A stretch of DNA of 17,238 nt from Chlamydiae bacterium RIFCSPHIGHO2_12_FULL_49_11 (GCA_001794905.1 MGLW01000039.1:1-17238), one strand, 5' to 3'. Numbered from the stretch's first letter, positions 6,812 to 15,914 are shown. Numbers and translations are program-made. The notes: generated by a model from the sequence alone, not told the origin.

Positions 6812-7252
6812 ATGGCTCAGGGACCTTTTTCTTTCGAGGTCACTGTCCATTCATTGGACGGCTTAAAAAAAGTTGCCCTCTCCCTCACCCCGTACATGAT
6901 TGCCGGTAGCGTCTTTGCCCTGCACGGCGACCTCGGAAGCGGCAAAACCACCTTTGTAAAACAACTGGCTCCCATATTCACCCTCGACTCTTCCCAAATC
7001 ACCAGCCCCACTTTCGGCTACCAACATTTGTACGCGACCGAGCCGCAGCTTTGCCATTTCGACCTCTACCGCATCTCTTCGACCGAAGAATTCATGACAT
7101 TCGGTTTTAAAGAATTTTTAGAGCCCCCTTACGTCACATTCATCGAGTGGCCGGACGTGATCGAATCCTTGCTCCCCAAGGCCGCCATCCACATCTATTT
7201 CTTCCACGTCGATGAAAATACCCGCAAATTGCGATTGGAAAAACATACATGA
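6812..7252 (+). CDS. tsaE: tRNA threonylcarbamoyladenosine biosynthesis ATPase TsaE
   Basis: 146 aa from ATG 6812, 1 nt after the upstream stop and preceded by GAGG. LHGDLGSGKTTF Walker A, ITSPTF, HFDLYRI, FIEWP. Confidence 0.95.
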   Translation: MAQGPFSFEVTVHSLDGLKKVALSLTPYMIAGSVFALHGDLGSGKTTFVKQLAPIFTLDSSQITSPTFGYQHLYATEPQLCHFDLYRISSTEEFMTFGFKEFLEPPYVTFIEWPDVIESLLPKAAIHIYFFHVDENTRKLRLEKHT

Positions 7253-7851
7253 AAGAGATCCGCTGCAAAAAAGCCGAATTTTTGTTTTCCAGTGACGGAG
7301 TTCGCATGCCAAAATTAAAAGCCCCCCATATCGTATTCGCAGGCCGATCCAACGTCGGCAAATCGACTCTCCTCTCCTCTCTCCTGGGAAAGAAAAACAT
7401 GGCACGCACCTCCTCTACTCCCGGCAAAACACGCCTCATCAACTTCTTTTTTGTCGACGACGCTTTTTACTTTGTCGATTTGCCCGGGTTCGGCTACGCC
7501 AAATCATCCAAAACCGAACGGGACAAATGGAAAATGATGATCGAAAATTACCTTTCGGCCTATGCCCCGCTCATCCGGTTTGTTCACCTCATCGACGCAA
7601 GACATGACCTCATGGAACAAGACCACCTTTTTTTGGAATATGCCCGCGATTTTCCCGTCATGTGCGTCCTCACAAAAGTGGATAAACTCGCCCCCTCCCG
7701 AAGAGAGGGACTCATCGAAAAAAAAATCAATGATATTCGGGTTTCGTACCCGTATGTCGATTTTATCCTTGCTTTTTCCACGAAACTGGGGTATCTTCAC
7801 GGGGCTTTAATGGAGGCTTTAAATGATTGGCTACAGAAAAGCACTTCATGA
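7249..7851 (+). CDS. engB: Ribosome biogenesis GTP-binding protein YihA/YsxC (EngB)
   Basis: G1 GRSNVGKS, G2 SSTPGKTRLINFF, G3 VDLPGFGYAK, G4 TKVDK. ATGA overlap with tsaE. Confidence 0.95.
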   Translation: MKEIRCKKAEFLFSSDGVRMPKLKAPHIVFAGRSNVGKSTLLSSLLGKKNMARTSSTPGKTRLINFFFVDDAFYFVDLPGFGYAKSSKTERDKWKMMIENYLSAYAPLIRFVHLIDARHDLMEQDHLFLEYARDFPVMCVLTKVDKLAPSRREGLIEKKINDIRVSYPYVDFILAFSTKLGYLHGALMEALNDWLQKSTS

Positions 7852-8590
7852 GGAACACTTTGTCTGCATCGACTGCGAAACGACAGGTCTAGACATACAA
7901 AAAGACGAAATCATCGAAATCGCCGCCGCTGAGTTTACCCTTCAAGAGATCGTGCAAAGGTATGAAAGTCTCGTCAAACCTCCCATTCCAATCCCGGCGG
8001 AAAGCATCGAGCTACACCATATCACCGAAGCCATGGTTCATGAGTCGCCTCCCATCGCCGACGTCGTCGATTTTATCGTTAACATCGCGGACAGTCACAT
8101 TATCATCGGCCATAGCATCGCTTTCGACCTGGCCATGATCGACAAAAACCTCGAACGGCTCGGAAAAACGAAGCGGCTTTCAAAAAATCGGCAAATCGAT
8201 ACGGTACGCCTCGCACGCCTCGCATCGGGAAGCGCCTCGAATAAACTGGAACATTTGCGCAAACACTTCAACATCGAAGAAGAAGGAACCCATAGAGCCA
8301 TGGGCGATGTTCTCGTCAACATCCAACTTTTTAAATATCTGATACATTCCTTCTCCAGTGCTGAAGAGATCATGAAACGTCTGGAAAAACCGATCTTGAT
8401 GCTTGTAATGCCACTCGGCAAGTATCGCGGCATGCCGTTTAAAGACATTCCTTCCAAATATTTATTCTGGGCAAGCAAACAACAGTTCGATCAGGACCTT
8501 TCGTTTTCGATCGAACATGAGCTTAAACGGAGGAAAAAAGGGGCCAGTTTTGGTGAATCAGCAAATCCTTTCAAAAATCTTTCTTTGTGA
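7823..8590 (+). CDS. dnaQ: DEDDh 3'-5' exonuclease, DNA polymerase III epsilon-like, with C-terminal MPxGKYxG domain
   Basis: IDCETTGL (ExoI), GHSIAFD (ExoII), HRAMGDV (ExoIII). C-terminal MPLGKYRG...IPSKYLFW (ExoX C-terminal/DUF3820-like). GGAGG RBS at 7812-7816. Confidence 0.85.
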   Translation: MIGYRKALHEEHFVCIDCETTGLDIQKDEIIEIAAAEFTLQEIVQRYESLVKPPIPIPAESIELHHITEAMVHESPPIADVVDFIVNIADSHIIIGHSIAFDLAMIDKNLERLGKTKRLSKNRQIDTVRLARLASGSASNKLEHLRKHFNIEEEGTHRAMGDVLVNIQLFKYLIHSFSSAEEIMKRLEKPILMLVMPLGKYRGMPFKDIPSKYLFWASKQQFDQDLSFSIEHELKRRKKGASFGESANPFKNLSL

Positions 8591-8602
8591 TAGAAGAAAA
8601 TT

Positions 8603-9811
8603 ATGATGCCGCAAACCTTGCACGACATCGATGTGTCGGGAAAAAAAATTCTGCTCCGCGTGGACTTTAACGTCCCGCTCACCCCTTCCCACGAAATTGC
8701 CGACGACGAGCGAATTCGAAGCGCTACATCCACGATCCGGTACCTCCTTTCAAAAAATGCTTCGGTCGTGATCATCAGCCATTTAGGCCGCCCTTCCGGC
8801 CATCCCGTTCCCGAATTTTCCCTTGCCCCTTGCGCGCGGCGCCTCAGCGAACTTCTCGGCCGCGAAGTCACCTTTATTCCCAATTGCATCGGAGACGAAG
8901 TCCGAAAATACACCTCTAAAATCGAACCTGGAGAAGTTGTCTTACTGGAAAACCTTCGCTTCCACCTCGGAGAAGAAGATCCTCAGCACCATCCCGAATT
9001 TGCCAAAGAATTATCAAAACTCGGCGAAATTTACATCAACGACGCCTTTGGAACGTGCCATCGCAAACACGCTTCGATCTTTTATCTCCCCTCCTATTTT
9101 GAAGAAAGTGCGATGGGATTTTTGGTGGAACGCGAAGTTCTCGTGCTCTCCAACCTTCTAACACAGGCAGAAGATCCGTTTGTTGCGATCGTCGGCGGCA
9201 GCAAAGTTTCATCCAAGATCGGCATTCTCGAATCTCTGCTCGAGCGGGTCAGCGCTCTTTTCATCGGCGGCGCGATGGCCTTCACCTTTTTGAAAGTGAA
9301 AGGGTTTCAAGTGGGCAATTCCCTCGTGGACGAAAACCACCTCGACCAGGCCAAATCTCTCTGCAAGAAAGCAAAAAGCCGCAATGTGGCCCTTCATCTG
9401 CCCGAGGATTTCGTGATTGCCCCTGCCCTCAAAGAAGGATCCGAAACGAGTGAAATCGATATCGAATTGGGCATTCCCTCCAACCGGATCGGCGGTGACA
9501 TCGGTTCCAAGACGATTGAAAAATGGAAAGCGGCCCTCAGGGGAGTGCGCACCGTCTTTTGGAACGGACCGCTCGGCGTCTTCGAACTTACTCCCTTTCG
9601 GCGCGGCACCCTCGAGATTGCCCGTCAAGTGGCCGAGAGCGGCGCGATGTCGATCGTCGGCGGAGGAGACTCAACCGCCGCCCTCAAGATGCTCGGCCTC
9701 GACCAAAAAATCACCCACCTGTCAACAGGCGGCGGCGCCACCCTCGAATTCATCGAACACCAAAACCTCCCCGGCCTGGAAGCTCTCAAACAAAAAGAAT
9801 CCCTGTTTTAG
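8603..9811 (+). CDS. pgk: Phosphoglycerate kinase
   Basis: LRVDFNVP, SHLGRP, LLENLRFH, NDAFGTCHRKHAS, GGSKVSSKI, FWNGPLGVFE, GGGDS, HLSTGGGATLEF. Confidence 0.98.
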   Translation: MMPQTLHDIDVSGKKILLRVDFNVPLTPSHEIADDERIRSATSTIRYLLSKNASVVIISHLGRPSGHPVPEFSLAPCARRLSELLGREVTFIPNCIGDEVRKYTSKIEPGEVVLLENLRFHLGEEDPQHHPEFAKELSKLGEIYINDAFGTCHRKHASIFYLPSYFEESAMGFLVEREVLVLSNLLTQAEDPFVAIVGGSKVSSKIGILESLLERVSALFIGGAMAFTFLKVKGFQVGNSLVDENHLDQAKSLCKKAKSRNVALHLPEDFVIAPALKEGSETSEIDIELGIPSNRIGGDIGSKTIEKWKAALRGVRTVFWNGPLGVFELTPFRRGTLEIARQVAESGAMSIVGGGDSTAALKMLGLDQKITHLSTGGGATLEFIEHQNLPGLEALKQKESLF

Positions 9812-9827
9812 ATTGTCACCTTTTCTA

Positions 9828-9856
9828 TTGACAGAAATTTATTCAAAATCTAAGAT
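9828..9856 (+). promoter_or_regulatory. Near-consensus sigma70/sigma66 promoter for the 9886 gene
   Basis: TTGACA(9828-9833)-17 bp AT-rich spacer-TAAGAT(9851-9856). Confidence 0.7.
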
Positions 9857-9885
9857 TTTCAGCGTTTAACAGATAGGTCTTTATT

Positions 9886-10641
9886 ATGATGAAAGTATCG
9901 CAAGCCATGGGCAACCTTCTTACCCGGACCGATTTTGAAACGCATCTCGGCACTCGTTTTGTCAATGATGTCTCGACGCGCAATCTCCTTTTGGTCCTTA
10001 CCGGCCGGATCGCTTTTCTCCGGGTCCGTTTTCCCTTACCCGAATTAAGATATCGTCGGATACTTTCCGCCGTCACTATGCATTCCCAGGCAGACACCCT
10101 GGAAAACCCCCAAGTCAAAACGGTCCGCGGCATGCACATGGTCCATACTCATGAGGGCTCTGCAAGTGTACGGAGATTGATGCGCTGGATTTTTGACGGA
10201 CAAAGCCCCCTCGACCTCTTATTCGAAGAGATGAATCGAAACTGGCCTTGGGGAGCAACGACACAAACTGTCGACGGAGTCCGGGTTCCGCGCGCCCGTA
10301 TTGAACTTATCCATGAAATATCGCCCAATGCGGTAGAACATGACTCGAAAACAACTTGCAGCGCAATGGCATTCTACATATTACATGCCCCAAGCGAGGG
10401 TGGCGTGTTTGAGAAGTGGGAAGGCACGAAAGAAAATCGGAACGAAGTGGCGCGCCGAAATCTTCCTCCTCCAACATTCCGGATCAAGCCGCAGCAAGGA
10501 GAACTCGTGATCGTCGGCAATAACGGTGTGCACGCCGTGACTGAAGCTTGGGAACAGTTTATCCGCGGCATTACGATCGTTGCAAAATCACGGATTTCGC
10601 TGGACGGTTTCGGTTGCCCCCTCGTGTTTTCCGCCGTATAA
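9886..10641 (+). CDS. 2-oxoglutarate/Fe(II)-dependent oxygenase-fold protein (prolyl-hydroxylase-like), atypical metal motif
   Basis: DSBH signatures YILHAPSEGGVFEKW, IKPQQGELVIVGNNGVH216AV and distal R236-I-S. The expected H-x-D position reads E151-H-D153. Confidence 0.7.
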   Translation: MMKVSQAMGNLLTRTDFETHLGTRFVNDVSTRNLLLVLTGRIAFLRVRFPLPELRYRRILSAVTMHSQADTLENPQVKTVRGMHMVHTHEGSASVRRLMRWIFDGQSPLDLLFEEMNRNWPWGATTQTVDGVRVPRARIELIHEISPNAVEHDSKTTCSAMAFYILHAPSEGGVFEKWEGTKENRNEVARRNLPPPTFRIKPQQGELVIVGNNGVHAVTEAWEQFIRGITIVAKSRISLDGFGCPLVFSAV

Positions 10642-10650
10642 ATAGCGGTT

Positions 10651-11139
10651 TTATTTTTCCGCTTTTGGGGGATCTGTGCTCTGTTGTGATTTTTGTTCGG
10701 CGATGATGGCCCGCACAAAACCGCGCCAGTCGTTTTCCTTTACTTCTTTTTCCAAAGGGTCGGGAGAGACTTTTATAAAGACGGCAAAAGAGGGAAGTTC
10801 TTCACCGAGAGCCTTACCCTGTTTCATTTTCTTCAGCTCAGGCGCGAGGCCATCAACGATACCGTTAAACTTGAACGAGCTTTTGGCGATCGACACCATG
10901 TATTTAGAAAGCGTTGGATCGGAAAAAATGTAGCCGAGAAATTGCAGCGGATTCACATGATGGAGCTTGTCCCCTAGCTTGCGCAAATGCCCCTGCTTAA
11001 ACCCGAGTGAAATCACGTTGTTTTTATAAATAGTCGTGATGATCTCTGTGATCACCTTCCCCTCCTCCTCCGTTACTTCCAACTTGAACGAGGCACCAAG
11101 GAGGGGTAAACATAGGAACAAGAGAGCAAAATAGCGCAT
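10651..11139 (-). CDS. Exported hypothetical protein, paralog of 11148..11597
   Basis: Start set at ATG 11139 after GAGGGGG; 162 aa. Signal peptide MRYFALLFLCLPLLGA. Core motif LGDKLHHVNPLQFLGYIFSDP. Confidence 0.8.
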   Translation of the reverse strand: MRYFALLFLCLPLLGASFKLEVTEEEGKVITEIITTIYKNNVISLGFKQGHLRKLGDKLHHVNPLQFLGYIFSDPTLSKYMVSIAKSSFKFNGIVDGLAPELKKMKQGKALGEELPSFAVFIKVSPDPLEKEVKENDWRGFVRAIIAEQKSQQSTDPPKAEK

Positions 11140-11147
11140 ACCCCCTC

Positions 11148-11597
11148 TCAATTCAAAAAGTGGGCGATGAACTCTTCATAATTGCCCGTATCAAGATGCC
11201 GCCAGGCAAGCTGCGAATCTTTGTTGAATTTGTTGGCAAAAGGAACAAGCTGATCCTGGTAGTATCCCATCCGTTTTTTCTCTTCATTCATCCGCCGTGT
11301 AAATCCGCGCATGAAATTCCACCACTTCACCGAATCGGAACGAATGTCATGCATGCACTCTTTCAAATACGGGTCCTGCAAAATAAAACCCAAAAATTGC
11401 AGGGGAGGGATGTGGTCGATCTTGTCCCCGAGTCCGTACATATGCTTGCTATGGTAAAGAAGGTAGGCCATGTTTTTCTTCCCCAATTTTGAAATCAGTT
11501 CGTGCACGTGGTATTTATCTTCATCCGAAATGCGGACTTCAAAACTCTGCACATGCATTGCTGCAGTCACCAGAAGCACAAGTAACGCTTTATACAT
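11148..11597 (-). CDS. Exported hypothetical protein, paralog of 10651..11139
   Basis: 149 aa. GGGAGGGG RBS. Signal peptide MYKALLVLLVTAAMHVQS. Core motif LGDKIDHIPPLQFLGFILQDP. Confidence 0.8.
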   Translation of the reverse strand: MYKALLVLLVTAAMHVQSFEVRISDEDKYHVHELISKLGKKNMAYLLYHSKHMYGLGDKIDHIPPLQFLGFILQDPYLKECMHDIRSDSVKWWNFMRGFTRRMNEEKKRMGYYQDQLVPFANKFNKDSQLAWRHLDTGNYEEFIAHFLN

Positions 11598-11632
11598 CGA
11601 CCCCTCCCCTTTCTAGGCATTCTAAAATGAAA

Positions 11633-12745
11633 TTATATTTGAGGCAATTGCAAAAACGGCGCGGCCCCTTCTGCCCGAATATCGGCCCGCATCATCTTTG
11701 CCACCAGCTTTTCAAAACTGCACTTGGGTTTGTACTTCAATTGTTCATAGGCAAATGCCGGATCGGAAAGAAGGAAATCAACCTCGGTGGGACGGTAATA
11801 AGCAGGGTCAATTTTGATGTACACCTTACCCGTTTTCACGTCATATCCTTCTTCTTGTTCTTTATCTCCGCGCCACGCAATCTCAACACCAATATGACGC
11901 GCAGCCAGTTCAACAAATTCACGGACACTATGCGTCTCTCCCATCCCGATTACATAGTCGCGCGGCACGTCTTCCTGAAGCATCCTCCACATCACTTCGA
12001 CGTAATCCTTAGCATAACCCCAATCTCTCTTTGCATCCAGGTTGCCCAAGAATACATATTCCTGCTTTCCGGCAATAATCCGCGCGAGCCCCTGGGTGAT
12101 TTTCCTGGTAACAAAGGTTTCCCCTCGCCGCGGCGATTCGTGGTTGAACAAAATCCCGTTGACGGCATACATGTTATACGCTTCCCGATAATTGACCGTG
12201 ATCCAGTAGGCAAATACTTTGGCAGCGGCATAGGGAGAACGCGGATAGAACGGCGTCGTCTCTCTTTGAGGTATCTCTTGCACTTTTCCATACATTTCAC
12301 TGCTCGAAGCTTGATAAAAACGGACTTTGTCGCTCATTCCCAAGAGATGGATCGCTTCCAGGATGCGGAGGGTCCCGAGCGCGTCAACATTGGCGGTGTA
12401 TTCGGGATTGTAAAACGACACTTTTACATGGCTTTGCGCGCCCAAATTATAAATTTCATCGGGCTTTGTTCTCTGAATGATGCTGATCACGCTGCAAGAA
12501 TCGGTCAAATCTCCGTAATAGAGTTTGAAACGTACGTTGTCCATGTGCAAATCTTGGTAGATATCGTCCACACGGTCGGTATTGATGAGGGAAGTGCGTC
12601 TTTTGACGCCGTGTACGGTGTACCCCTTTTTGAGCAAAAATTTCGCGAGATAGGCTCCGTCCTGTCCGGTAGCTCCGAAGATCAGCGCCGATTTTTCCGC
12701 TTGCAGCATAAAACTGCAACACAGGATAAATATAAGATATTTCAT
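11633..12745 (-). CDS. gmd: GDP-mannose 4,6-dehydratase with N-terminal signal-peptide-like extension
   Basis: [99 protein letters not shown] ends 7 nt before ATG 12745. Confidence 0.97.
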   Translation of the reverse strand: MKYLIFILCCSFMLQAEKSALIFGATGQDGAYLAKFLLKKGYTVHGVKRRTSLINTDRVDDIYQDLHMDNVRFKLYYGDLTDSCSVISIIQRTKPDEIYNLGAQSHVKVSFYNPEYTANVDALGTLRILEAIHLLGMSDKVRFYQASSSEMYGKVQEIPQRETTPFYPRSPYAAAKVFAYWITVNYREAYNMYAVNGILFNHESPRRGETFVTRKITQGLARIIAGKQEYVFLGNLDAKRDWGYAKDYVEVMWRMLQEDVPRDYVIGMGETHSVREFVELAARHIGVEIAWRGDKEQEEGYDVKTGKVYIKIDPAYYRPTEVDFLLSDPAFAYEQLKYKPKCSFEKLVAKMMRADIRAEGAAPFLQLPQI

Positions 12746-12812
12746 TCATGATCTCCTTTTTTAATCGCTACACGAGTAGAATTGGAATGAAGCCATTCAC
12801 GGAAAGCGATTC

Positions 12813-14027
12813 ATGTCCTATCTCAATTGTGCAAAAAAGATTGTACAAAAAATCCAAAAAGAAGGCTACATTTCTTATTTTGCCGGCGGATGGGTGCGCG
12901 ACTATCTCATGGACCGGCCGAGTGACGATATCGATATCGCAACAGAGGCCGATGTGGAGACAATCCGAAAACTATTCCCGAAAACCATTCCGGTCGGGAT
13001 TGCGTTCGGAATCGTTATTGTTGTAGAAGAAGGCCATCATTTTGAAATCGCAACCTTCCGGCGTGAAATGGAGTATACAGACGGAAGGCGGCCGAGCGTG
13101 ATCGAACCGGCGACTCCCGAAGAGGATGCAGAAAGGCGCGACTTTACCATCAACGGCCTATTTTTCGATCCTACTACAGAAACACTGTATGACTATGTAG
13201 ACGGAAAAAAGGATATTGAGAGGGGCCTCGTGCGAGCCATCGGCGATCCTATCCTCCGCTTTACCGAAGATAAATTGCGCATGATCCGTGCTGTCCGCTA
13301 TAGCGCCCGTTTCCAATTTGCCATCGACGACGCAACCCTTGCGGTAATCATGAAAATGGCCGATACTCTTTTTCCGAGCGTTGCCATCGAACGGGTGTGC
13401 GATGAAATCCGCAAAATGTCCCTTTTCCCCCACTTTGCCGAAGCGATCAGCCTCCTGCACAAATGGGGCCTTTTGCCGCAAATTTTTCCCCAGCTGCCAC
13501 CCCTTACTCCCGAAGAAATCCACCGTTGCCTCCGTCATACCGATTCCTATCCGCAAGACGCCCCCTTTATCACCAAGTTGCTCCCCCTATTTTCTTCCAT
13601 GACACGGAATGAAGCTCTCCACTTATGCAAAACTCTCAAGCGGTCTAAGCAAGAGACCGCTTTTATTTTACTTCTCATTAGAGCAAACAAAATCGAACAC
13701 CTCAGCACCGATGACCGGATTTCCCTATTTGCGGATGAACATATCGAAACTTGCCTTGCCATCCTTCAGCTAGATCATCCAGACCCGTCGTTTCTTCACC
13801 GGATGCACCGGGAAATGGAAAACCACCGCCCGGCCATCCTCCGTAAAAAACAAAAAACAACCCTTCTCAAAGCCGATGATTTGCTTTCTTACGGCATCCC
13901 TCCCTCAAAGGAACTGGGACGGCTTCTCCACATTGCCGAATCGATCGCCATAGAAAATCACCTGGACGACAAAACAGCGCTCATCGAGCTGTTGAGGAAT
14001 CATCCCGATTTTCATTTTTACCGGTAA
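12813..14027 (+). CDS. cca: tRNA nucleotidyltransferase (CCA-adding enzyme / PcnB family)
   Basis: AGGWVRD..DIDIAT, EIATFR, flexible loop ExYxxGRRP, DAERRDFTINGL, RFTEDKLRMIRAVR, ERVCDE. Lacks the poly(A) polymerase G[RK][RK]F signature (reads VGIAFG). Confidence 0.88.
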   Translation: MSYLNCAKKIVQKIQKEGYISYFAGGWVRDYLMDRPSDDIDIATEADVETIRKLFPKTIPVGIAFGIVIVVEEGHHFEIATFRREMEYTDGRRPSVIEPATPEEDAERRDFTINGLFFDPTTETLYDYVDGKKDIERGLVRAIGDPILRFTEDKLRMIRAVRYSARFQFAIDDATLAVIMKMADTLFPSVAIERVCDEIRKMSLFPHFAEAISLLHKWGLLPQIFPQLPPLTPEEIHRCLRHTDSYPQDAPFITKLLPLFSSMTRNEALHLCKTLKRSKQETAFILLLIRANKIEHLSTDDRISLFADEHIETCLAILQLDHPDPSFLHRMHREMENHRPAILRKKQKTTLLKADDLLSYGIPPSKELGRLLHIAESIAIENHLDDKTALIELLRNHPDFHFYR

Positions 14028-15831
14028 TGATCATCATCGTGATGTCGTCAAATTGCTCTTCCCCTTCGGCAAATTCTTGCAGAGCAGAGTAGAGTACGTC
14101 GATGATCTTATCGGAAGGAGCATTTTCCAGGACGCTCATCACATTTTCGAGGCCGAAGAAAGTACCGCTTTTGTTTTTCTGATCAATCAGCCCGTCGGAA
14201 TAGACGAAGATCGTTTCGTTTTCTTGCAATGGGATCTCTTGCACTTCGACTTGAATCGAGTCTTCCACTCCGAACGCAATCACCCTTTCGGTTCTCTCGC
14301 GCGGGGGATGACCCGCATTCAGGAGGATCGGCGGCTCATGCCCCATGTTGACAAACTCCAATATTCCTTTGTCCGTGTCGATAATGCCAATGAAGGCAGT
14401 GACAAAACTGCCCGTATCTTTGGTGTCCTCACAAAAGAGCTTGTTGGCATGGTGCACCATGTCTTCCAGCGAGTCCCCGCGAATAAAACAGCTACGCACA
14501 ATGCTACGCAAGTCAAAGGAATAGAGGGCGCTCGAAACCCCTTTTCCGACACCGTCTGCCACGGTGATGAGAATTCGATTCCCTTCCCGTAATAGGTCGT
14601 AATAATCGCCGGCTACCTCTTTTGCCGGATTGAAATAGGTTCGGATGGAAATATGGGTATCGTCGTAGTGTGGATCGGGCAGGATCGATTGCTGGATTTG
14701 CCGCGCGATTTCCATCTCTTTTTGAAATACTTCCCGTGCGGCGCGCTCGATTTGCATGTGTTCAATCGTCTTTTTGAGCGAGACAAGCATCTGGTTGAAC
14801 CCTTCTCCGAGCAGGTTGATTTCGAATCCGAAAGTGTCGTAAGAAAAACGCGTTTCGAGGTCTCCTTCTCCGACACTATGCATCATGTGGTTCAGGTTTT
14901 TGAGAGGCCGCGACATGCGTAGCGTGAGCAAATAGGCTGCAATGCTGCCTATAACCAAAATGAAGAGCAAAAATATTCCGAGCCGTTCCATGTATTCTAG
15001 CATGCTCTTCACGACAAGTCTGCTGGGAAGGGAAAGGATGATCATATCGCCGGTCTGCGGAATATTGGAAAGAACCCCGAAATAGGCCACATCTCCCTGA
15101 AATTGAATTCCGTTCTTCACATTTTTGATCGAAGAGAGTTCGATCGATTTGGCGCTTGGTTTAAAGGAAAACGTCTTCCCTTCAAACGGCGGGTTGGAAG
15201 TGGCCAGTACCTTTCCCGCCCCCGTCATGACGGTCGTGTCCAGACTTGCATCTGCCATACGCCGGTCCAAATTTTCTATGAGGGTGGAAAGAGCGATTGA
15301 TGCAATAATGTATTGCGTCAGTATCGGTTGTACCAATTTAACCACGATGTACAAACTCGATCCGAATAGGAGGTCGTCGTCGATGAAATAGTCGATCGGC
15401 TTTACTGTGCGCGGGCCGAGGAAGGTAAACCTTTTATTTATATACGCCTTATTGGTGGAATAGCGGCAGGTATACGTTTCCTCCCCCCGCTGCACGACTG
15501 AAATCGCCGTCAGGTTTTCCCGTGTGACATACCCTTCGAGCACTTCCATAAGAGGCTGACTGAGAACGTTGCTCTTATCATCGACCAAAATATCAAGCAA
15601 CTTGTCGAGGGACTGGAGGAACAGGACGCTCGAATTTTCCAGTTGAAAAATGTATTCTTCATTGCTTCTCTGGATATAATTGAGGCGCTCGAACAAAGCC
15701 TCCTCTTCCTCCCGATAGTCTTTGATGAAAAGGAGGAGGGCATACAAGACAAGGGGCAGAATCACAAAGACAAAACTGATCACGAGGACCCGGAGTGCAA
15801 GCGACCCTCTGAAACCGTGTGATTTTCCCAT
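13981..15831 (-). CDS. rsbU: RsbU-type membrane sensor PP2C (SpoIIE-family) phosphatase with periplasmic and HAMP domains
   Basis: Start set at ATG 15831 (MGKSHG, AAGGGG RBS); 616 aa. TM1 VLVISFVFVILPLVLYALLLF, TM2 LGIFLLFILVIGSIAAYLL, HAMP (RPLKNL...GDL...EINLLGEGFNQM), EMEIARQIQ, AGDYYD, VADGVGKG, YSDGL, DDITM. 3' end overlaps cca by 47 bp. Confidence 0.9.
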   Translation of the reverse strand: MGKSHGFRGSLALRVLVISFVFVILPLVLYALLLFIKDYREEEEALFERLNYIQRSNEEYIFQLENSSVLFLQSLDKLLDILVDDKSNVLSQPLMEVLEGYVTRENLTAISVVQRGEETYTCRYSTNKAYINKRFTFLGPRTVKPIDYFIDDDLLFGSSLYIVVKLVQPILTQYIIASIALSTLIENLDRRMADASLDTTVMTGAGKVLATSNPPFEGKTFSFKPSAKSIELSSIKNVKNGIQFQGDVAYFGVLSNIPQTGDMIILSLPSRLVVKSMLEYMERLGIFLLFILVIGSIAAYLLTLRMSRPLKNLNHMMHSVGEGDLETRFSYDTFGFEINLLGEGFNQMLVSLKKTIEHMQIERAAREVFQKEMEIARQIQQSILPDPHYDDTHISIRTYFNPAKEVAGDYYDLLREGNRILITVADGVGKGVSSALYSFDLRSIVRSCFIRGDSLEDMVHHANKLFCEDTKDTGSFVTAFIGIIDTDKGILEFVNMGHEPPILLNAGHPPRERTERVIAFGVEDSIQVEVQEIPLQENETIFVYSDGLIDQKNKSGTFFGLENVMSVLENAPSDKIIDVLYSALQEFAEGEEQFDDITMMIITGKNENRDDSSTAR

Positions 15832-15862
15832 ACACCCCTTATCTGCCAAAAATTTGTTTCTC

Positions 15863-15914
15863 TGTATACTCAAATCAATGTAAAAACCCTCACTTGAATT
15901 CCTTTGAGTATACA
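15863..15914. repeat. Perfect 12-bp inverted repeat in the divergent rsbU/rsgA intergenic region
   Basis: TGTATACTCAAA(15863-15874)-N28-TTTGAGTATACA(15903-15914). Confidence 0.75.

Noticed and set aside
11489-12751. 420-codon ORF antisense to gmd
   Set aside because: Shadow frame mirroring a highly conserved gene. It has no ATG start, RBS or recognisable motifs.
12763-12811. Nested short inverted repeats (AATCGCT/AGCGATT, GAATG/CATTC) in the gmd/cca spacer
   Set aside because: Arms of 5-7 bp are too short to distinguish from chance.
12813-14027. Poly(A) polymerase (pcnB) assignment
   Set aside because: The PAP-specific G[RK][RK]F signature is absent, while the CCA-type flexible loop and EDxxR are present.
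13981-14027. 47-bp convergent overlap of the cca and rsbU 3' ends
   Set aside because: Common in compact genomes, and it involves only non-conserved tails.
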